The notes under the pieces are model-generated. The model did not search any database. It was not told where the DNA came from and saw only the letters and a list, made by a program, of their open reading frames with translations. Both the position numbers and the translations under genes were made by a program. Shown here in pieces: positions 25,118 through 33,600 of a DNA stretch of 36,081 nucleotides. The DNA is from a virus. Its lineage: Duplodnaviria; Caudoviricetes. Every line of letters begins with the position of its first letter. Within the stretch, counting starts at the first letter, position 1. The stretch lies in IMG/VR virus record IMGVR_UViG_3300030330_002482, positions 1-36,081 of that record. One strand, given 5' to 3'.

Positions 25118-25770
25118 TGAGTACACTTATCTGCAACCTCCCCAGTGAACATGTTTATGTTCGTAAGGAGTATTTGAGAGACCACCAAGACGGACATGGA
25201 GAGTTTGTAGAAGGCGTCTGGGTTACGGCAAAGTCCGTGCCCGGACGTGCTTTTTATTTTGAGACATACTTGCCCGAGTATGCGGCAATGTATGACAAAT
25301 TGCCAATCAGTGCCTTTGTTTCTAGACCAGAGTTACCTAGTCCTGATCTAGATCTACCTAACCTACAGTTTTGGAACTGTATGGATTATGGAGTAACAGC
25401 AATTACCAAGCAAATTACAGGTTCTGCTGATTACGAGATATATACTAGGGATTTTGGACACATTCAGGGTACGTATATCTGTACCTTAGATAACTATCAT
25501 CATGATCCAGATGTCATCGACTATAGCACTGCTGAAACACCAGCAGAACATAAGTCACACAATCTGATCGAACTAGAAAACGGTCAGTTTGCCTTGTATC
25601 CTAACAATAGGATGCGAATCTATGACAATAGTCTAACACCAAAAGAACCTAAGATGCCAGACTTTAAGGTATCTACCAGGATCTATGAGGTTGAGTCTGG
25701 TCACAGGCAAGATGGTCTAGGCGACCAGACCGAGTATTTCTGGAAGACTTCTAAGGAACGCGATGCTTGA
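25117..25770 (+). CDS. Conserved hypothetical protein
   Basis: NLP...YVRKEYL, YDKLPISAF, EHKS, GQFALYPNNR motifs. Confidence 0.8.
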   Translation: MSTLICNLPSEHVYVRKEYLRDHQDGHGEFVEGVWVTAKSVPGRAFYFETYLPEYAAMYDKLPISAFVSRPELPSPDLDLPNLQFWNCMDYGVTAITKQITGSADYEIYTRDFGHIQGTYICTLDNYHHDPDVIDYSTAETPAEHKSHNLIELENGQFALYPNNRMRIYDNSLTPKEPKMPDFKVSTRIYEVESGHRQDGLGDQTEYFWKTSKERDA

Positions 25771-27733
25771 GACACGTTTAAGCAAGATCAATTATATCGG
25801 ACAGGACGGGTTCCACTGGTTTGTGGGACAAGTCACTCCTGATCCTGCTTGGCGTGATTCTTCTAATACTAATGGATATCGTGCTAAGGTAAGAATTCTT
25901 GGCAAGCACCCTGCTACCGCTGAAGTTCCAGACTCCGAACTACCATGGGCACACTTTGCCCCATCTCCCACTCTAGGAACTGGCAAAGGGTTTTCTGGTC
26001 ATAGTTTCTTTATGCAGGGTGGAGAAACTGTTGTTGGTTTCTTCCTAGACGGTGACGATGCCCAGCAACCTATTGTTATTGCTGCCCTATCTTCCGGGCA
26101 GAATGAACAGAACCTGATGGCATTTGATGATGCTGTACAGGCAGGTACTACAGGATTCTTACCTTTATCGGCAAACTATAGTCTAGATTTTAGTAGAGCT
26201 GTCCGTCGTGCTGATGGTGAGAGGACAGAAGATAATGGTCTGCCCAGCGAGAATAGTAAAACTCCTGACGGCGAGGATAGTCAGCAACTGGAGATTGATG
26301 AGAAAGAAATTGTAGTTGCCAAGGCAAAACCGTGTAAGGGTGGCAAAGGATTTATGTCCGATGTTTCCAGAACCTTGGCGTCTTTTGTTGCTATTGGTAA
26401 TGGTCTAAAAGAATATAAGGAAGGATTTATTGATCCTGTCCTTGGAGAGATCTACAATATCCAGGCACTCATAAGTTCTTCGGCAACTATCATTGCTGGT
26501 GGATTTGCTCAACTGATTAGACTTTCCCGCAAGTTTTTATTCCAAGAGATCAAGAAGATTTCTGAGAATATTGTTACCTTCCTATTGCCAGATAGTCTGC
26601 TAAAAGATATTGCCATATCTAAGGCAATGGACACTATTTTCTGTGTCATCGAAAATATCGTCAAAGGACTTAAAGGTCTGATCGAAGACTTCCTTAATCA
26701 ACTGCTTGGTAAGGTCGTCAACATGCCTCTGTGTGCCGCTGAGGCGGCGATTGCTGGTCTAGTCGCTAATATCAACGATAAGATCCAAAGCGTGATCGGA
26801 CCCGCCATGGAGGCGATCCAGGGCATCCTAGGACCCATTGGTTCCTTCATGGGATTCATTAACAAGGCGATGGGTTATGTTCAGATGGGTCTTAAGTTCC
26901 TATCTTGTGAAGGTGATATTTGTCCACCAGAACCATATGATTGGGCAGCAAACTTCGGACCTAGTAAGAAATCGGTTGTTGACTTTAAGAGAAGTATCAA
27001 TATCACTAACGGACTATCAGCAGCAGGTATTGGTGCTTCTGTCACCAGTATGATCAATGGATTGTTTGACATTGATGAGTCGAAATCTGGTCCTGTTGCT
27101 GCTTTGGTTGGTGGTTGCCCCACAGATGTTCTAAAATGTGGTGCTCCTAGCATCGAGATCTTTGGTGGTGGTGGCATTGGTGCCGCTGCTCGTGCTGTTG
27201 TTAACGAAGTGGGTCAGGTTGTTGGTGTAAATATGACTGACTTTGGTTCTGGTTATGCTAAGAAACCGTTTGTTACTATCTCTGACAGTTGTGATAACGG
27301 TCGTGGTGCTACTGGAACTGCTGTCGTGGAAGATGGTAAAGTTACTAACATTATCATTACCAACACTGGCGGTGGTTACCTAGGACCTGAGACTGCCACT
27401 TCTGACAATGAAGGTGAGGAAGTTGTAGGTGAGATCGTTGGTATCGATGTTATTAACACTGGTAAAGGATACGATGAGGATTCCTTGATTGTAAGTGGTT
27501 GTGGAACACTCAAACCACAACTAGATCAGGAAGGTAGAATTGTTGGTGCTGACGTTGTTCAGTCTGATATTGGTTGTAAAGTTCTGCCCAAACTACAAAT
27601 AAATAGTGCGACTGGATTCGGTGCTGTCATCCGTCCGGTTATGAAATTCCGTAAGCGTGAAGAGTACAGTAAGACTGTCAACATTCCACAGAGTGCTGTA
27701 CTCAAAGTTGTAGATTGTGTAAGTAGTTACTGA
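25763..27733 (+). CDS. gp5: Baseplate hub/spike gp5-like protein (N-terminal OB fold)
   Basis: GF.WFVGQV, RAKVRILG.H, LPWA, GETVVGFFLDG..AQQP; no lysozyme motif seen. Confidence 0.85.
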   Translation: MLETRLSKINYIGQDGFHWFVGQVTPDPAWRDSSNTNGYRAKVRILGKHPATAEVPDSELPWAHFAPSPTLGTGKGFSGHSFFMQGGETVVGFFLDGDDAQQPIVIAALSSGQNEQNLMAFDDAVQAGTTGFLPLSANYSLDFSRAVRRADGERTEDNGLPSENSKTPDGEDSQQLEIDEKEIVVAKAKPCKGGKGFMSDVSRTLASFVAIGNGLKEYKEGFIDPVLGEIYNIQALISSSATIIAGGFAQLIRLSRKFLFQEIKKISENIVTFLLPDSLLKDIAISKAMDTIFCVIENIVKGLKGLIEDFLNQLLGKVVNMPLCAAEAAIAGLVANINDKIQSVIGPAMEAIQGILGPIGSFMGFINKAMGYVQMGLKFLSCEGDICPPEPYDWAANFGPSKKSVVDFKRSINITNGLSAAGIGASVTSMINGLFDIDESKSGPVAALVGGCPTDVLKCGAPSIEIFGGGGIGAAARAVVNEVGQVVGVNMTDFGSGYAKKPFVTISDSCDNGRGATGTAVVEDGKVTNIIITNTGGGYLGPETATSDNEGEEVVGEIVGIDVINTGKGYDEDSLIVSGCGTLKPQLDQEGRIVGADVVQSDIGCKVLPKLQINSATGFGAVIRPVMKFRKREEYSKTVNIPQSAVLKVVDCVSSY

Positions 27734-28275
27734 TGCCAACCCCACCACTAATTTTTAATCATGCCGAGGACGGATTTATCCGCGTAGGTGTTCAAACTGC
27801 CGATAGAATCACTCGTAAATCACAGGTCCAGGTTGCCGCTGGTAATGGTTCTAGTCTACGCATCTTTAAGGATGGTGGGTGGGAACTTCGTGCCGTTGAT
27901 AATGAGAAGGGATCTAATATCTTCCAGCAAGGTGAAGGTCCACTGAACATTTACTCTGACGGTGACATCAATGTCAACTGTAAGGGTGAGTTCTCAGTCA
28001 AGGCAGCAAAGATTACAATGGAGACCGTTGATCCTGAAGACGGTAACATTGTACTAAACTCCAATAAGAACATTCGTCTGGATGCTGACAACAATCTACA
28101 TGCTCTAGGCACTAACGTTGTTATTAAAGCAGATAATAAGATCCTGTCACATTCTGTTGGTATGAATATCGTTGCCGGTAATCCGGTGATCATCTATGAG
28201 AAAAAGATGAAGATTATTCCTACTGGTCTTGCTGATATTGTTGACATTCTACTAGATCAAATACTACTAAACTGA
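27733..28275 (+). CDS. gp5 C-terminal beta-helix-like spike protein
   Basis: Repeated GDINVN/GNIVLN beta-strand units directly after gp5. Confidence 0.6.
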   Translation: MPTPPLIFNHAEDGFIRVGVQTADRITRKSQVQVAAGNGSSLRIFKDGGWELRAVDNEKGSNIFQQGEGPLNIYSDGDINVNCKGEFSVKAAKITMETVDPEDGNIVLNSNKNIRLDADNNLHALGTNVVIKADNKILSHSVGMNIVAGNPVIIYEKKMKIIPTGLADIVDILLDQILLN

Positions 28276-29120
28276 TGGAATCACCAGAAATTTCGGCACA
28301 GAAAATCTACATTGGTCCTAGTCTTCCTATCAAGACGGATCAATCGCTGCTTACTCTAGATGGTGCCAACCCTTTTGCTGGTACATTAGCAGTATCTGGA
28401 ACAGCGTTCTTCGGTGCTCCTACTAACATTGGATTTGCTCGTGGTGTTGTTAACATCGGTCCTGCTATTCCACCATTCCAACCAGGTATTCCAACACTGG
28501 GTCTGGATGTAACTGGTGGCACACAGCATACCGGATATATGAATAACCTTGGTCTAAGCAACTTCTTTGGTGCTAGTAACAATACTGGTGTCTGGAACGC
28601 GATTGGTATCAAGAACATGATTGGTCTGTTCAGTCGTGTTGGTAAAGCAGTTGAGGTAGGTGGCAAAGTTGCAGCAGAACCTAACAACACTACAGCAGCA
28701 TTAAAGCAAACACTACCATCTCCAAATGGAGATCTAGTGGGTTTCTGGAAGTTTAATGGCACACCACTAGCATTTCTACACAGTCACTCTGATGCTAGAC
28801 TGAAGACTAATGTCAAACCTCTTACCAGTTCTCTAAGTAAAGTGTTGGCACTCCAGGGTGTTACTTTTGACTGGACACACTGGGATCAAAAACGTAACTA
28901 TCCTGGTACACAAATAGGTTTCATCGCACAAGAAGTAGAAAAGGTTGTCCCAGAAGTCGTTATAGATAGTAAGATTGATGACAACGATGGCAATCGCATA
29001 GATGTCAAGGGTGTCAAGTACGAAAACCTTGTAGCACTTCTAGTCGAAGCAATCAAAGAACAAAACACACGAATTGAACATTTAGAATCATGCTTACAGC
29101 GTCTGGAGTCGTCTCAGTAG
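28275..29120 (+). CDS. Spike/fibre protein with Peptidase_S74 intramolecular chaperone domain
   Basis: SDARLKTNV, GFIAQEVEKVVPEVV, V.YENLVALLVEAIKE. Confidence 0.85.
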   Translation: MESPEISAQKIYIGPSLPIKTDQSLLTLDGANPFAGTLAVSGTAFFGAPTNIGFARGVVNIGPAIPPFQPGIPTLGLDVTGGTQHTGYMNNLGLSNFFGASNNTGVWNAIGIKNMIGLFSRVGKAVEVGGKVAAEPNNTTAALKQTLPSPNGDLVGFWKFNGTPLAFLHSHSDARLKTNVKPLTSSLSKVLALQGVTFDWTHWDQKRNYPGTQIGFIAQEVEKVVPEVVIDSKIDDNDGNRIDVKGVKYENLVALLVEAIKEQNTRIEHLESCLQRLESSQ

Positions 29121-29380
29121 ACGGCATCATTGAGTTCCCTGAAGAATGGCGTGGCAAGATCGATGCTGAATCGATTGTCATCCAACTAACCGCAATCGGC
29201 ACCGCACAAGAACTTTTCGTTGATCGTATTGAGTGGGGTAGTAAAGCGATTATCCGTAATGGTGGCGGCGGTGCTTTGCGAGCATACTACACAGTGACAG
29301 TCCAAGAACTGGCACCACCCCCGGTTGAGATCCAGCAGAAATCTGCTACAATAGGAAAGTCCAAGACACGAACCAAATGA
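29090..29380 (+). CDS. Hypothetical structural-module protein
   Basis: IEFPEEWRGKIDAESIVIQLTAIG motif. Confidence 0.7.
   Translation: MLTASGVVSVDGIIEFPEEWRGKIDAESIVIQLTAIGTAQELFVDRIEWGSKAIIRNGGGGALRAYYTVTVQELAPPPVEIQQKSATIGKSKTRTK
29325..29352 (+). promoter_or_regulatory. Possible sigma70-type promoter
   Basis: TTGAGA, 16 nt spacer, TACAAT with extended TG. Confidence 0.45.
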
Positions 29381-29559
29381 ATTCTAAGGAAACCGTCAGC
29401 CTTATCGAGGTAGATGTTCTGAATCGTACTTTCTGTATGTACGGAGACATGGGTGCTTGTGAGGAGATTCTGTGTGATACTCCTGATCAGTTCATCAACC
29501 TTCTAAAACTGGTTCGTAAAAACAAAGATAACACCGAAGTGGTGTATGTCTCAAATTAG
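29377..29559 (+). CDS. Conserved cyanophage hypothetical protein
   Basis: VDVLNRTF..Y...C.T.DQF.N.L; ATGA coupling. Confidence 0.75.
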   Translation: MNSKETVSLIEVDVLNRTFCMYGDMGACEEILCDTPDQFINLLKLVRKNKDNTEVVYVSN

Positions 29560-29692
29560 ATGTCCGCTTTGCGGTCATTTATGCTTTGATAGGATTAACT
29601 TCGCTTCTCATATTCGACGGTGTAAAGAAGCGGACAAAACCCATCGGTTTAATCATAAACAAAAAAGAAAGAAACGAAAAAAAGGTAAATAA
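29546..29692 (+). CDS. 48-aa C2HC zinc-finger-like basic protein (not in ORF track)
   Basis: MSQIRCPLCGHLCFDRINFASHIRRCKEADKTHRFNHKQKRKKRKKGK; C-x2-C-x12-H-x3-C. Confidence 0.6.
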   Translation: MSQIRCPLCGHLCFDRINFASHIRRCKEADKTHRFNHKQKRKKRKKGK

Positions 29693-29716
29693 TACTATCC
29701 CATCGCACCATATCCA

Positions 29717-29890
29717 TTGGATAAAGACACCATGGAGAATTGGCGTAAAGTCAAAGAAGCATTGGAATCTGCCGGTAAGACCGATAGTTTCTATTACACG
29801 AGGGCAAATGCTATTCTACGGGGCGAAAAAGACCCCATGGATAGTTCTATTCTAAGAAATACTGAGAATCAGAACCCTCCAGAGCAGTAA
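29717..29890 (+). CDS. Small conserved hypothetical protein (not in ORF track)
   Basis: (M)DKDTMENWRKVKEALESAGKTDSFYYTRANAILRGEKDP...; TAAATA at 29686-29691; start TTG 29717 or ATG 29732. Confidence 0.6.
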   Translation: MDKDTMENWRKVKEALESAGKTDSFYYTRANAILRGEKDPMDSSILRNTENQNPPEQ

Positions 29891-30563
29891 TTATTGTCTC
29901 TGCTTCTGTAATTTCTGCATCAAGGCGTTCTATAGCGTTATCATATCCATATCTTTGGAGTTGATATTCTGCTCTCGCTTCTTTTAAATCTTGAACTGAC
30001 TCTAAAACACCATCACGTTGCGATCTTAGCGTTGTGATGGTGTTTTCTGCTGCCGTGATAGAAGTAGCATAACCAGGACAAGCAGCATCAGCACCGGTGT
30101 CTAGACCGAAGAATGTACCTAGACTGACTTGTGTGATGCCTGTATATGTACCAAACCCGATATTAGAACTGGTGATTAAAGTATTAGATTCTACGAAAGG
30201 ATTATCACCAGAGAAAGAGTAGTTATATCCCCTTACATTATCCTCTAGAGTATCTACCATCGCAATGGTGTGAGTGGTACATCCCACTTCTGTCGCACCA
30301 GTATAGAGATTGAAGATAATAGTTTGTTGAGTATTGATAAGAGCATTGATCCTCAAGACCTCGGTATCTAGACCATTGATAGCGGGTGTAAAGTTATTGA
30401 TTACTACATCCAGGTTCTCAATACGTGCTATTGTTCCACCTTCAGAGTCCTTAATATCATATCCTTGCTTAACTTCCTCAATTTCAGTTCGATTCTTACG
30501 TTTCTGCTCAACTTTTAGTTTGTAAGAGTCGATCAACGCATTAGTCTGAGGACCAATAGCCAT
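29847..30563 (-). CDS. Coiled-coil late protein, probably virion-associated
   Basis: 238 aa ORF with heptad repeats and a perfect late promoter upstream on the minus strand. Confidence 0.7.
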   Translation of the reverse strand: MAIGPQTNALIDSYKLKVEQKRKNRTEIEEVKQGYDIKDSEGGTIARIENLDVVINNFTPAINGLDTEVLRINALINTQQTIIFNLYTGATEVGCTTHTIAMVDTLEDNVRGYNYSFSGDNPFVESNTLITSSNIGFGTYTGITQVSLGTFFGLDTGADAACPGYATSITAAENTITTLRSQRDGVLESVQDLKEARAEYQLQRYGYDNAIERLDAEITEAETIITALEGSDSQYFLE

Positions 30564-30565
30564 GG

Positions 30566-30601
30566 TATAAATAGCATGAAGAGATGGTGTCAGTATTTAT
30601 A
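30566..30601. promoter_or_regulatory. Two face-to-face T4 late promoters
   Basis: TATAAATA on + at 30566-30573 and on - at 30594-30601. Confidence 0.85.
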
Positions 30602-30605
30602 GGCT

Positions 30606-33600
30606 ATGCCGCTAAGCAGACTAGAAAATTTCCTTAAGAATGTTACTGGCAACGTCATTTACGTCAATCCAGAAGAACTTGACGCAACTGACGATATTAG
30701 TAATACTGGTAATTCCAGGACTCGTCCATTTAAGAGTATCCAGCGTGCCCTAATCGAGGCAGCAAGATTCTCCTATCAGATCGGTGCTAACAACGACCGA
30801 TTTGATAAGACCACTATTGTGGTATCTCCTGGTACCCACTATATTGATAACCGTCCAGGTTTAAGGATCAATACATCAGGCACACTGACTGATGTCAATG
30901 GGACTTCCGATATTATCGATCAGTTTGGTGTTGGCACCAACTTCGATATTCAGGACCCCAACAACGTCCTTTATAAGTTTAACAGTGCTCACGGTGGCGT
31001 TATCATGCCTCGTGGTACTTCCATCGTCGGTCAGGATCTAAGAAAGACTAAGATCAAACCTAAGTTTGTTCCCAAACCTGACAATGACGCTATTGATCCT
31101 ACATCTATTTTCCGTGTAACTGGTGGTTGTTTCTTCTTTGGGTTTAGTTTCTTTGATGGAGATCCAAATGATCGCGTCTTTAGAGACTACACCACAAACG
31201 TATATGCTCCAAATTATTCCCACCATAAACTCACTTGCTTTGAGTACGCTGATGGTGTAAACCAGATTTCTGGTCAGGGTAATACTGACCTTGACATGTA
31301 CTACCAGAAACTTACTCTGGGTTATGGTACTAACTCTGGTCGTGCTCTACCTAACTATCCTGCTAATACAGACTTTGAGGCAACTGTTGATGAGTCTCGT
31401 ATTGTAGGTGCTATTTCTCAGATCGGTGCTCTCACGATCAGTGACATCTATTCTGGTGCTAATCCTACCGATAATGTTGCTACTCCCATCGTTACAGTAG
31501 TAACACAAACCAGTCATGGGTTTAACGTTGGCACACCAATCCTAATCACAGGTATTGATGATGCTGATTATGATGGTAGTTACATCGTAAGTCAGGTTCT
31601 AAGTGACACATCGTTCACTTATTCTGTACCTGCTACTCCTACATCTACAGCAACACCTAATCTATCTGGCAAGAGTCCTGCCGTTAAGATTGAGAGTGAC
31701 ACTGTAGGTTCTGCTTCTCCTTATATCTTTAACTGCTCTATCCGTTCTGTCTTCGGCATGAACGGCATGCATGCTGATGGTGCGAAGGCAACTGGATTTA
31801 AATCCATGGTTGTTGCCCAGTTTACTGGCATCGCACTAAACAAGGACGACAACGCATACGTTAAGTATAATACAACTACTGGTGCTTGGGAAGATCAAGT
31901 AGCACTAGGTTCTGCTGTATCTCTACACACCGATTCTCTTGCCAAGCATAGACCTGGTTGGGAAAACTGCCACGTTAGAGTATCTAACAACGGTATTATC
32001 CAGGCAGTGTCTGTCTTTGCTATCGGATATGCTAAGCACTTTTTAGCAGAGTCTGGTGGTGATATGTCTATCACCAACTCTAACTCTAACTTTGGTGCTA
32101 AGGCACTACAGGCAGATAAGTGTAGATTCGAAGCGTTCCTCAAGGACGACAAAGGTTATATCACTGAGATTCAGGTTCCTCAGAGAATCGGTGACAAGCA
32201 GAATAAGGTCAACTATCTACCACTAGACGTAGCGAAGACTGCTGCTGCTGTTAATACTAGACTATATCTCCATGAGTATGATCAAAAATCCAATGTTCCT
32301 CCTACAGGTATCAATGGATTCGTATTTGGTAACAAGGTAGGTGAAACTATCGAAGTTGGTGTAGGTGACACCAGTTTTGCTACAACAGTTCTTATGCCTG
32401 TTCCTCAGGCAGCAGCAAGTGAAAGAGTATCTGCCCGTAAGGAACATTTTGTTGGTAGAGTATCTGGTATCAACTCGATCACCGGTAATACCTTTACACT
32501 AAGAGACGAGCATAAGTTCCTCAACGGCGAGAAAGTCAGAGTTTATTCTGAAGACGGTGCTCTACCTGATGGTCTAGAGTACAACCGCGAATACTTTGCT
32601 GTTACTGATGGTCTAGCAGGGGATCAGATCCGTCTTGCTTCTACATTTAATAATGCTCTTGCTGGTACAAACATCAGTGGCATTAACAACCTTGGTGGTG
32701 ATCTACGAGTTGTATCTACTGTCGCTGGCAAAGAACCCGGTGAACCAGGTCACCCAATTCAGTATGATGGTGGTTGGTATGTAAACGTAGGTGCTGGTAA
32801 TAGTCTACATGCTATTATCGTATCCAACGAAACTGACATCACACCTAAGACAAAGACCGCTTTCTACACCAGACAGCGTGATGGTAGAGATAATCTAGAA
32901 AGAAGATATGGTCTAAAACTCGTTATTCCTCAGTCGGAAACATACGCTTCTGCTCCTACCGCAGGATTCAGTATTGCTGATGCTTCTACTGTACCTGATG
33001 ACACCAATTATCAGAACGATAACAACACTCTAACATCTGAGACTAACCTTAGAAGTAAGACTAACGTTATCAATGCTTCTTGGTCTGGTAGTGTTGGTGT
33101 TATTACTGCCGAGAATCCACACGGTCTAAAAGTTGGTCAAACGGTTCAGATCTATCGTCTAAAGTCTGCCAACAACACTGGTGGTGCTGATAACTCTGGA
33201 TTTAACGGTATCTTCGAGGTTACCGACGTTGCTAATCGAGACACATTTAGTATTGGTATTAGCACAGATCCAGGTGCCATCACTGAGATCAACTCTGGCA
33301 TCCCATTCACATTCGAAGACAGAACTATTGCCGGTGCCGGTAGAACGTTCTCTCCATACTTTGTCAAGCGTGACTATGGTGCTGCTAGTTACCAGATTCA
33401 TTCTTCCGATGAGATTCAGGAGTTCAAATCTGGTTCACAGGATGGTATCTACGATCTAACTCTACGTGGTTACATCTCACAACCAACTGTATCACCATTC
33501 TCAACCACATCTTACTACTTCGGTCAAGATGACATTGACATCTTCCCAGAACTAGACAGAGATAATCCTAACCCTGATCCAAAATCTGCGGTATCTTATG

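Noticed and set aside
29586-29855. 89-aa ORF from the track
   Set aside because: Straddles two more convincing small ORFs and a late promoter; no recognisable motif.
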